DNA of 24,000 nt from an archaeon (GTDB lineage: Archaea > Asgardarchaeota > Heimdallarchaeia > Heimdallarchaeales > Kariarchaeaceae): the NCBI GenBank assembly GCA_024280435.1, contig JAJRQD010000138.1, forward strand, positions 1 to 24,000, written 5' to 3'. The notes under the pieces were generated by a model. That model searched no databases. It was not told the origin of the DNA and worked only from the letters and a program-made list of their open reading frames with translations. This document shows positions 1 to 8,083 of the stretch, piece by piece. The stretch's first letter is position 1; each line of letters opens with the position of its first letter. Made by a program: the position numbers and the translations under genes.

Positions 1-114
1 TAGTAAAATGTTGTTTCTATGATATTGCAATATATTCTTATTTTGAGATTTTTGTTCAATTATTTTTTCAGTTTAATTTTTCATGGGAAATGTACAAGTT
101 TATTCAATCTTTTA

Positions 115-498
115 TCACATTATATTCTCCGCGAATTCCCCAATTCTTTGTAGTAATTTTTTGGTGGCAATATTATCTGCTGAAGTTGATAACCATACTT
201 CTTCACAACCCAATTCTTTTGCCACAGATATCTGATACTCTGTGATCATTCTGGCATTACCCAGACCTCTGAAATTTGGATGAGTTCTCATTGCTTCACT
301 CCATGCAATTTTATCAGAGTATAATCGTAAATTGGCAACAGACTGTATTCTTCCATCTTTTTCCAGTACAACTGGAAAACAATTCTTATTTTCTAATAAC
401 GAGTCAATGATATTTGGTAAATAATCATTACCATCCCAAATATCTCTGCATATCTCCTCAATAAAGGGATGATCTTCTAACTTATACTCGCGTATCAT
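115..498 (-). CDS. GNAT-family N-acetyltransferase (127 aa)
   Basis: Uninterrupted ORF. The GNAT acetyl-CoA motif A is visible as FRGLGNARM (R/Q-x-x-G-x-G/A), followed by a typical C-terminal N..A..L..+.GF-like segment (SADNIATKKLLQRIGEF). Confidence 0.8.
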   Translation of the reverse strand: MIREYKLEDHPFIEEICRDIWDGNDYLPNIIDSLLENKNCFPVVLEKDGRIQSVANLRLYSDKIAWSEAMRTHPNFRGLGNARMITEYQISVAKELGCEEVWLSTSADNIATKKLLQRIGEFAENIM

Positions 499-551
499 AT
501 TATTGAATAAATAGATTTATTATACTAATATTTGTAATTTATCTCAAATTA

Positions 552-869
552 TTATGTCATTACTTCTTCTAAATTGGATAATATCACCTGTTTTTTACCT
601 TCATTCCATGTGAAAGAATTCTGCAAAATTGACTGTATCTCCTCAACTTTGGCTTTTCTTTCCTTAAGGAGTTTAGCTCTTTTTGCCTCAGCTTTCAGTT
701 TCTCAACAATGTTCTCAATTGCAACCTCAATCAGAAAAACATCCTCTTCTCCCGTATTCTCTTCTTTTTGTATTGTCATCACCAAATATGACATGAGTGA
801 TATTTTTTTTCTATCAGTCCAATGCTCATTGTTGAGTATTCTATCAATTTTATTACCTAGATTACTCAC
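552..869 (-). CDS. Hypothetical protein, charged/coiled-coil-like (105 aa)
   Basis: Longest ORF in this interval. It is on the same strand as the GNAT gene and 53 nt upstream of it. It has a K/E-rich helical stretch (EKLKAEAKRAKLLKERKAKVEEIQ). No domain recognised. The overlapping + strand ORF 574..897 looks like a low-complexity shadow. Confidence 0.5.
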   Translation of the reverse strand: MSNLGNKIDRILNNEHWTDRKKISLMSYLVMTIQKEENTGEEDVFLIEVAIENIVEKLKAEAKRAKLLKERKAKVEEIQSILQNSFTWNEGKKQVILSNLEEVMT

Positions 870-962
870 AAATACTACTTTACTTATTATAATATAAATT
901 AATCTGAATATTGATAATAACTGTAATGATCACTCATAATTACTATGCAAATTATATCTAAT

Positions 963-2198
963 TTAATATTTTGTCTCATTTTGTAAATAGAGTAGATAGA
1001 TATCAAGTAAATTGATATTGTTAGTTGATATTTCCAATCCACAATTTAATGAGGAAAGTAAATTTCCAGTATCACCATTTGTCATGTAATCATCAAAATC
1101 TCTGATTCTAGAGAAGGTATTGTTGTCTATTACATATGCATGGTGAGGTGAGCTCCCATCCTGTCCATCTGTTGCGATTCCAATTACAAATGCTTCATTG
1201 AATAGAGATATTCTCTTTGACAGGTAGAAAAGAAGAATTGATATTCTTCCGCCTTTTCCACTGTTGCTGAAGTAACTAGTATCAACAGTGGGTTCTCCTG
1301 CAAATAAAAGTAAAGTATTATTTGACCTGCTCAACTTATTTATCATTCTATCGCCCACCTTTGTATAATCCCCTGTAATGTGAATATCAACTATCTCTAT
1401 CCCAATATTACTTATTCTCAACTTATCAACTAATTGTTCTATTAAATCATGCCTACTGGCGATAATTATATTATTATCCATTTTGATATTCATTCTCATT
1501 CTATTATCAAGTGAATCAAATGAAATATGTCTATCCTCCAATCTCTTCCTTAACCATTTCAGAGTACTCTTATCAAATTCAGATCTACTAACAGTAGGAC
1601 CAGAGCCAACATATGCGGGATCATCAGAAACCACATCTGAAACAATCCAGGAATGTATATCTGAATTTGAGAGTAGATTAATTAATTTTCCTGACTTTAC
1701 CTTATCGAGATAGGATCGAATGAGATTAAGGTTCTCTATTTCAAATCCTTTTTCAAATGCCTCTAAAGTGATTTCTCTGTACGCTTCAAAACTGACCCCC
1801 TCTTCCGGGATCGCAAATGCCGCAGAGGTACCTCCTGTAATTATTATATGTAATCTATGGTCTCTGTACTGTCTTAGGATTTCAACTACTTTGATTGAAT
1901 TATCAATATTTATTTTGGTTACTTGTGGATGGGTACTCTCGAAAAAATCAATATTATCAGATAACTCATCACGTAGTATTAAGTCATAATATCCCTGTAC
2001 CTGCAGAATAACTATTTTCTTAAAATTCATTTTATGTCTCAATTTACTTGCTAATATCAGAGCATTCTTTCCAATTGCAAAAAGTACTTGATTATCATGA
2101 AATTCATTATTTGAGACTATTTTCTCAATGATAAAGTCTGGAAATTCATTTATTATTTGTGAGTATGTATTTAGAATTGGTTGATATATAGACTCCAT
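963..2198 (-). CDS. Glycerate 2-kinase / MOFRL-family (DUF4147 + MOFRL) protein (411 aa)
   Basis: The family's motif series is present in order: AIGKNALILA (GKAA..MA), ITGGTSAAF (SGGGSALL), NLIRSYLDKVKSGKL (N.vRk.lS.iKGG.L), VSDVVSDDPAYVGSGPT (SDV.gDd...IaSGPT), FAGEPTV...GKGGR (GGEtTV...GkGGRN) and ATDGQDGSS (TDG.DG). Confidence 0.8.
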   Translation of the reverse strand: MESIYQPILNTYSQIINEFPDFIIEKIVSNNEFHDNQVLFAIGKNALILASKLRHKMNFKKIVILQVQGYYDLILRDELSDNIDFFESTHPQVTKINIDNSIKVVEILRQYRDHRLHIIITGGTSAAFAIPEEGVSFEAYREITLEAFEKGFEIENLNLIRSYLDKVKSGKLINLLSNSDIHSWIVSDVVSDDPAYVGSGPTVSRSEFDKSTLKWLRKRLEDRHISFDSLDNRMRMNIKMDNNIIIASRHDLIEQLVDKLRISNIGIEIVDIHITGDYTKVGDRMINKLSRSNNTLLLFAGEPTVDTSYFSNSGKGGRISILLFYLSKRISLFNEAFVIGIATDGQDGSSPHHAYVIDNNTFSRIRDFDDYMTNGDTGNLLSSLNCGLEISTNNINLLDIYLLYLQNETKY

Positions 2199-2315
2199 AT
2201 TTTTGATTTATGTCAAACATATATCAATAATTTGACTCTATCAAATATTAAAATGATGTACATTATTACTCACAATTTAGGAATAGTTTTAATAAATAAA
2301 TAATTAAATAAATGT

Positions 2316-2942
2316 ATGCACTGTGGAAACTGTGGTAATGAAAACAAAGAAGATTCACAATTCTGCCAATCCTGTGGTCAGACATTAGGGTCTGTACCCC
2401 AACAAACTAGCCAAGGTTATCAACCTCAAATGGCACAACCTAATTATTTCCAGCCTACTGAATATCAAGTTCAACAGAAATTGCTATCTATGACACAAAC
2501 ATATAAAATCAAGGATGCAAATGGAATCGAGTTCATGGTTGCAAGACGAAAGATGACCTCAATATTCAATCCAAAAATAGAAGTTAAAGATATGCTTGGT
2601 AATGATATAGGTTATGTGCAGGGGAATTTCTTCCGTACACGTTGGGAAGTATATGATTCCAATGAAAATCATCATGGAACAATTGAATTCCCATTCTTTA
2701 TGTTCTTCACCAAATCATTCACCATCACCACGCCTATTGGAATGTTTAGATCTGGTGGATCTGTTTTTGGAAAGAGATTTGATGCTTATGCTCCCGATGG
2801 AAGACTGAGCTTTGTCGTTGACAAAAAGCTATTCTCAATCCGAGATTCTTTCAAAGTTACAAGTAATGATCAGTTAGGACCATTTCTTACATGCATTGCA
2901 GCTGTTGTTATTGATCAGAAATTCAATACTGGAAATGAATAA
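2316..2942 (+). CDS. Zinc-ribbon + Q/P-rich linker + LOR/YxjI-like (tubby C-terminal-like, scramblase-fold) protein (208 aa)
   Basis: The N-terminus is CGNCGN-x9-CQSCGQ (a C-x2-C ... C-x2-C ribbon). A Gln/Pro-rich linker follows (VPQQTSQGYQPQMAQPNYFQPTEYQVQQ). The body then starts Y.V.QK..S....Y.I.D.NG with repeated beta-hairpin periodicity. It ends in a hydrophobic helix, LTCIAAVVIDQ, as in LURP-one-related/YxjI proteins. Confidence 0.65.
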   Translation: MHCGNCGNENKEDSQFCQSCGQTLGSVPQQTSQGYQPQMAQPNYFQPTEYQVQQKLLSMTQTYKIKDANGIEFMVARRKMTSIFNPKIEVKDMLGNDIGYVQGNFFRTRWEVYDSNENHHGTIEFPFFMFFTKSFTITTPIGMFRSGGSVFGKRFDAYAPDGRLSFVVDKKLFSIRDSFKVTSNDQLGPFLTCIAAVVIDQKFNTGNE

Positions 2943-3023
2943 TTTAACAAAGCATAAATAAAATACTCATCTCTCCATTATTAATATTAAAAATTTATTA
3001 ATTACTGTTATTTATTTGAATTA

Positions 3024-4793
3024 ATGCGGGTAGGCAGGATTAAAATAAAAGGTTTCAGATCAATCCGAGAGATTGATACAACTACATGCAATCTAACCTC
3101 TTTTGTGGGTGAGAATTCTTCAGGTAAATCAACAATATTACAGGCAGTGGATCTTCTACTGAGCTCAAAAAAAATTACAGAGCTTGATTTTCACAATATT
3201 CCCGGTTATAAATCAAATAGTTTTGAAATACTATGTACTTTTGAGTCAATCTCCGAAAATGATAAAAAATCATTGTTTGATTTATTTGCTATTAATTTCA
3301 ATTCTCTTAATTTTAGGAAAAAAGCAAAACTTGAGGACCTTAAGATAACTACAAGTATTGATATACCCGTTCCCAAAAATAAATTATTAGATATATCATA
3401 TATCAATGGGAGGACAAAACCTGAATACGAAGATGCGGTTAAGAATAATATACTTCCAAGTACTATTTTTGATACAGGAAAAAATATTGGGGATATTAAA
3501 GAAGGTATTGCCAAATATATCAAGGATAACATTGATAAAATAGAGTATTCAGGAGTAAAAAAAAGAATACTTAAAACCTCAGAGATGAAACAATTACTGG
3601 TAATACTGCCCGAGGCATTATATGTACCGGCTTTTGATGATATTAACAAACAAGTATCTTATAGCAAGACAAATATTTTTGGTAAATTATTAGAGCAGAT
3701 ATTTAAAAACTTGAGTAATAAAAATGATCTCACCTTGAAGACGATGAATACGCAGATCAATAACCTTACAAAGAAATTCAGAAGAGATGGTTCCTCAAGG
3801 ATCGAAGAATTTGAGAAATTGGAATCTCAGTTAAGTGGTTATGTGGAGGCAATTTTACCTGAATCAAAAGCTATTCTCACATTTGATATCCCCCCGATTG
3901 ATGAGCTATTGAAAAAATACTTCAGTATTGAATTAGATGATGGTATTGCAACTCCTGTTGAGAAAAAAGGACATGGTGCACAAAGGACACTTGTATGGTC
4001 GTTACTTAGAACCTATCTTGATAATCTCAGTGATAGAGGTAATTCAAGAGTACTGTTTCTAGTGGAGGAACCGGAATTATATCTACATCCACAGGCACAG
4101 AGAGTTATGCTGGGTGTATTAAGAGAGCTATCTAATTTTGATCAGGTTATATACAGTACTCATTCTCCAGTGTTTATTGGATTAGATCATCCAGATGAGA
4201 TCCGACTGGTGAGAAAAAGGAATAAACAGACTGTGATTGATATGATATCAAAGCATACACTAGAGCACTCTAAGAATGAGGTGAGATTTCTTACATGGCT
4301 AGATGATAATCAGGCCGAATTATTCTTTGCAAAATCAGTGCTTCTTGTTGAAGGCGATACCGAAAGAATACTCATGGAAGATATCAATCAGTATCGGCCA
4401 AATGGAATGTCTTTGGATGAGTTGGGATGTCAGGTAATAGTTACCAATGGTAAGTTTTCAATGCCATTTTACTGTAATCTATTGATGGACATCAAGATTC
4501 CATTCTTTGTTGTCTATGATCATGATAGTAGTCGTGGTCAGCATAAAGATGCAAATACTCACATAAACAATGCAGTTGGTAGAAGTAACAAAAGTATGGT
4601 ATTGGCAGATAAACATGTATTCTATCCATATTTTGAGAAGGATTGGGGGTTAAATTTGGGAGAAAACAGCAAGGTAGAGCATATACTTGGCCTTGTAAAT
4701 TCATGGAAAGAAAAAGGATCGCACCCTTCAAAATATGATGAGTTATCTAAAAAGATATACACATTTGCTGTGAATGCAAGAAAGCAGAAATAA
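3024..4793 (+). CDS. OLD-family ATP-dependent nuclease (ABC/AAA_15-type ATPase fused to Toprim), stand-alone class-1-like (589 aa)
   Basis: Walker A is GENSSGKST (aa 29-37). The Walker B/D-loop is VLFLVEEPELYLHP and the H-loop is THSP. The C-terminal Toprim has LLVEGDTERIL (catalytic Glu), VTNGK and VVYDHDS (DxD). Size and domain order resemble the phage P2 Old type. Confidence 0.8.
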   Translation: MRVGRIKIKGFRSIREIDTTTCNLTSFVGENSSGKSTILQAVDLLLSSKKITELDFHNIPGYKSNSFEILCTFESISENDKKSLFDLFAINFNSLNFRKKAKLEDLKITTSIDIPVPKNKLLDISYINGRTKPEYEDAVKNNILPSTIFDTGKNIGDIKEGIAKYIKDNIDKIEYSGVKKRILKTSEMKQLLVILPEALYVPAFDDINKQVSYSKTNIFGKLLEQIFKNLSNKNDLTLKTMNTQINNLTKKFRRDGSSRIEEFEKLESQLSGYVEAILPESKAILTFDIPPIDELLKKYFSIELDDGIATPVEKKGHGAQRTLVWSLLRTYLDNLSDRGNSRVLFLVEEPELYLHPQAQRVMLGVLRELSNFDQVIYSTHSPVFIGLDHPDEIRLVRKRNKQTVIDMISKHTLEHSKNEVRFLTWLDDNQAELFFAKSVLLVEGDTERILMEDINQYRPNGMSLDELGCQVIVTNGKFSMPFYCNLLMDIKIPFFVVYDHDSSRGQHKDANTHINNAVGRSNKSMVLADKHVFYPYFEKDWGLNLGENSKVEHILGLVNSWKEKGSHPSKYDELSKKIYTFAVNARKQK

Positions 4794-5741
4794 TTAATTT
4801 TTGTACTTGAATTTAGATATTTTTGCCCACCATCTGAATATTCTCATAGCTTTCAGTGTAATCACTCTGCTCATACCTTCTGATTCATATACAAACCAGT
4901 TCTCACCTTCTGGTACATAGTCTAATTTCCACAGTCCTTCTATCTTTTTATCTCTTAATAATTCAATTGCATCTATAAATCGTTCATCGAATCTGTGGTT
5001 AATTCTCTGAAAATAATCCAATGCTTCCAGTATATTGTATTCTAATCTTGTAGGAAAGCAGAACTTAGTAAATTTACCATCAATAATATCTTCTGAATCA
5101 GTTTTCTTAAACAATTTATGCTTAAGTAGAAATTCGTGTGCCATATTCTGCATACTCTCAATTGTGGATATATTAGCCTTATTTATCTTGGCATATTCAT
5201 ATAATCCTTCTAGTACAATGAGTGTGGTACTAAAAGAAGATTCTTTAGCACCTCTTTTGCGTGCACAGGACCATCCTCCGTCATCCATCTGGTTCTCAAT
5301 CAGAAACTCGAAAATTGCCTCTCTCCTTGGATGCTTGATTTTCAGATAGCTCATAGTTGCAAGCACAAGTGAGGATTGACATATCAAACTAGTTTCTGTT
5401 TCTTCTGCATGGTTGTATCCTCCATCCCATCGTTGGCCTGTCTCAAATATTACCCTCCCTCCCAGTTGAAATTTTGGAATATGATGAGAGAGCCCTAATC
5501 TTCTGAGTATCGTGACTACCCATAGAGTTGATTTCCATAAAGGTTCTATTATATTATCTCCCCAAGTACCCATTTCATCCTGTAAATTTAATAAATCAAA
5601 TACCCATCCTTTCTCTATCTCCACTAGCATCTGCTCTGTCTCAATCTTTTCCTTGGCAGAATCCAGTAGATCTCTATGTACCTGATATCGTGTTGATGGG
5701 TCTCCATCAAGCAGATATTCAATGACTTCTTGGTAGGACAT
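4794..5741 (-). CDS. Alpha/alpha-toroid repeat protein, terpenoid-cyclase/prenyltransferase-like (315 aa), function unknown
   Basis: Clean 315-codon ORF. It has repeated aromatic/Gly motifs typical of prenyltransferase/squalene-cyclase repeats (DEMGTWGD, RWDGGYNH, QMDDGGWSC). The C-terminal ITLKAMRIFRWW resembles the tail of bacterial proteins of this family. The functional call is tentative. Confidence 0.5.
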   Translation of the reverse strand: MSYQEVIEYLLDGDPSTRYQVHRDLLDSAKEKIETEQMLVEIEKGWVFDLLNLQDEMGTWGDNIIEPLWKSTLWVVTILRRLGLSHHIPKFQLGGRVIFETGQRWDGGYNHAEETETSLICQSSLVLATMSYLKIKHPRREAIFEFLIENQMDDGGWSCARKRGAKESSFSTTLIVLEGLYEYAKINKANISTIESMQNMAHEFLLKHKLFKKTDSEDIIDGKFTKFCFPTRLEYNILEALDYFQRINHRFDERFIDAIELLRDKKIEGLWKLDYVPEGENWFVYESEGMSRVITLKAMRIFRWWAKISKFKYKN

Positions 5742-5847
5742 TAAGATAAGATATAATGTATTATTAAAAAGTAAATTGTAATGATCTTAGCAAAATAGTA
5801 AATTATCAAGAAAAGAAAGAAGTAATGTATCTAGAAACTGAGAGATA

Positions 5848-6543
5848 ATGAATATACTCATAACAGGTGGAAGCTCTGGAATTGGTGCTGAACTTGCAAA
5901 GCGTTTATCAACAAAGGGCAATATGATATACATCACAGGTAGGTCTGCAAGTAAATTGGCAACTATAAATAGTATTGTTGAAAAAAAAGGTAGTACCTGT
6001 TTTTATGATGTGGGAGAGGTGGGTAATACTGTGGATGTCAAAAGAATTGTTGCAGATGCATTTACAAAAATGGAGTATATTGATGTACTGATACTCAATG
6101 CCGGTACTGGTTCATTCAAATTGGTGGAGGAGATGAGTGATGATGATTTTGATAAGCAATTTAATACCAATGTGAGGGGTGTATTTCTATTTTTGAGAGA
6201 AATCATACCACATATGAGAGAAAGGAAGAGTGGGCAGATAATTGTAACAGGTTCTAATTTAGGCTTCACAGGTACTGCCAGAGGATCAATCTATTCTGCA
6301 ACTAAATTCGCAATTCAGGGAATGGTATCAAGCATACGCCAGGAATTGATGGGTAGCGGAGTTAAACTTGGTACGATCAATCCTGGATCTGTGGATACAG
6401 AATGGTTTTCAAATCATGATAGGGATATTCCAAATCCCCGAAGATTGGATGTAGGTGAGGTGGTTGATGCATTTATGCTGATGATTAATCAGGGTGAAAG
6501 AAGTAATATCAATCATATTTTACTTAATCCATTGAACTCATAA
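5848..6543 (+). CDS. Short-chain dehydrogenase/reductase (classical SDR, 231 aa)
   Basis: The cofactor motif TGGSSGIG is at the N-terminus, with NAG downstream. The catalytic S...YSATK (Y-x3-K) is present, followed by the PG motif (INPGSVDT). Confidence 0.9.
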   Translation: MNILITGGSSGIGAELAKRLSTKGNMIYITGRSASKLATINSIVEKKGSTCFYDVGEVGNTVDVKRIVADAFTKMEYIDVLILNAGTGSFKLVEEMSDDDFDKQFNTNVRGVFLFLREIIPHMRERKSGQIIVTGSNLGFTGTARGSIYSATKFAIQGMVSSIRQELMGSGVKLGTINPGSVDTEWFSNHDRDIPNPRRLDVGEVVDAFMLMINQGERSNINHILLNPLNS

Positions 6544-6564
6544 AAAGATAGATAAAATATTTAT

Positions 6565-6593
6565 TGCGTATAGTAGAGACTATGCGCATTTTT
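6565..6593 (+). terminator. Hairpin plus T5 tract downstream of the SDR gene
   Basis: TGCGTATAGT (6565-6574) pairs with ACTATGCGCA (6579-6588), giving 10 bp including one G-U with loop AGAG. TTTTT follows immediately (6589-6593), 22 nt after the SDR stop. An oligo-T tract alone suffices for archaeal termination; the role of the hairpin is uncertain. Confidence 0.3.
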
Positions 6594-6906
6594 GAAATGA
6601 CAGTAGATTTGCTCTCTCATGCATAATTGATAATTGTGATGACAATATTTGTTTATTTGATTTTAATATAGAATTTTTAAATCGCGTTATTTTTTAATAA
6701 TAAATTATAAGTAAAAAAATATGGATTTTCTTTACATGTACTATCCAAATTATAATATTCGTGATTTACCATTTATTTTGTGCAAATATCCATTATTTCG
6801 TTAACAAAACAAAGAATTTACTTTATATGGTGAATTAACTACTTATAAGTACATTTTTTATCTCAACTGATAATTTATTAAGCTTTGAAATTTAAGATAA
6901 TTATAC

Positions 6907-7860
6907 ATGCTTTATTCCTTCTTGAAACATTATTTCTCTTTTTTAATGAATCTCTACTACAGAAAAATCGAGTATAATGGATTGGAGAACATTCCCGAGG
7001 ATGGTCCAGTGTTGATATACTCTAATCATCCAAATGCACTGATAGACCCTGTACTTATACTTACAAAGATAGATCGCAAAGTAACTCTAACCGTAACATC
7101 ACAACTGAGTTCTATTCCTCTATTAGGTGGTCTGCTACGGCGATTGAATGTATTATTCATACATCGAAGGTCAGATGGGCATTCGGAAAAAGTAATGAAG
7201 CATAATAGTGATACTATTGTTAACTGTGCCAACATATTACAAGAAAAACGGATGCTTCTTATTTTTCCTGAGGGGAGATCTTATCCAGATAATAAATTAA
7301 GAGAATTCAAAACAGGGATCGTGCGTATAATTAATGAGTATGAATCAAGAAATAGTGTGCAACTAACGATTCTACCTGTTTATATCCACTATTTGAGCAA
7401 ATCCAGATTTAGATCAGATGTATCTGTTAATTTTTTACCACATGAAAAATCTATTCTGAATTCTGAGCTAGACATAGTTGATAAGGTTAAAAAAATACGT
7501 GGCAATTTAGTAGAACAAGAAGTATTACTACAAGATAAAGCCTATGAAAAAGAACAAAAATTAACTGCAAAGATACTTCTCCTGGGATTTCAGGGATTAG
7601 TCTTGAGTTTACTTCCTGTCACTTTAATATATATTCTTGCTGAATTTATTGCTAAGAAGGAAGAGCAGATCGATACAACTCGAGTGGCACTATCTTTCCT
7701 ACTATTACCTCTATTATATTTAATGCAGTTATTTATTGTTTTTACACAATTATCATTGGCGTTTCTTGGAATGATATCATTAATTTCAATTTTTATTAAT
7801 TACTTATCAATTAAATTTATGAGATCTAATAATGGTAAAATATCAAACATCAATAAATAA
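6907..7860 (+). CDS. PlsC/LPLAT-family acyltransferase (1-acyl-sn-glycerol-3-phosphate acyltransferase-like) with C-terminal membrane helices (317 aa)
   Basis: Acyltransferase block I is NHPNALID (H-x4-D). Block III is FPEGRS and a block IV-like segment is ILPVYIHY. The C-terminal third is hydrophobic (LLLGFQGLVLSLLPVTLIYIL and LLLPLLYLMQLFIVF...). Confidence 0.75.
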   Translation: MLYSFLKHYFSFLMNLYYRKIEYNGLENIPEDGPVLIYSNHPNALIDPVLILTKIDRKVTLTVTSQLSSIPLLGGLLRRLNVLFIHRRSDGHSEKVMKHNSDTIVNCANILQEKRMLLIFPEGRSYPDNKLREFKTGIVRIINEYESRNSVQLTILPVYIHYLSKSRFRSDVSVNFLPHEKSILNSELDIVDKVKKIRGNLVEQEVLLQDKAYEKEQKLTAKILLLGFQGLVLSLLPVTLIYILAEFIAKKEEQIDTTRVALSFLLLPLLYLMQLFIVFTQLSLAFLGMISLISIFINYLSIKFMRSNNGKISNINK

Positions 7861-7978
7861 ATTTTCTATGATATTATATTCTTTAATTTCCTCACTTTAC
7901 AAGACTTTATGCATGATTACAGCAACTCATATTTAGATAGTATTATTAATTCTTATAATCTAATTTGTTTTTTATAGT

Positions 7979-8065
7979 AACTATTGACCATTATATCTAC
8001 ATAATTTGCGTTTTTTTAGCTATATCAATATGGTCTATCTGCTATTCTATAAATTTAAAAGTAAT
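7979..8065 (+). repeat. Direct repeat copy A (promoter/5' end of the TPR gene)
   Basis: The 34-nt core at 8020-8053 matches 10035-10068 at 33/34 positions. A 12/12 identical block AACTATTGACCA lies at 7979-7990 versus 10003-10014. The stretches between the blocks are similar but contain indels. The repeat contains the TATA-like TATAAATT (8049-8056) and the in-frame ATG at 8030. Confidence 0.85.
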
Positions 8066-8083
8066 CAAGTGCTAATTCTGTAT

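Noticed and set aside
115-869. The GNAT gene plus the upstream small gene as a GNAT-toxin/antitoxin pair
   Set aside because: The upstream protein shows no RHH/DUF1778-like DNA-binding N-terminus. The GNAT (127 aa) is shorter than TacT/AtaT-type toxins. The genes are separated by 53 nt rather than overlapping. Evidence is insufficient.
3206-3649. A 147-aa minus-strand ORF inside the OLD nuclease gene
   Set aside because: It is antisense to a region of the OLD ATPase domain that is clearly coding. Its hydrophobic, low-complexity translation has no independent support.
6721-6804. A 27-codon ORF (MDFLYMYYPNYNIRDLPFILCKYPLFR*) in the long SDR/acyltransferase intergenic region
   Set aside because: It has no paralogue, no recognisable signal or motif, and no evident promoter spacing. 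Short ORFs of this length arise easily by chance.
8006-8083. The TTG (8006) or ATG (8030) as the start of the TPR gene
   Set aside because: This stretch overlaps the duplicated promoter-like repeat and encodes a nonsensical hydrophobic leader (MVYLLFYKFKSNQVLILY). The ATG at 8084 sits at leaderless distance from TATAAATT. This is not excluded; it is only less likely.
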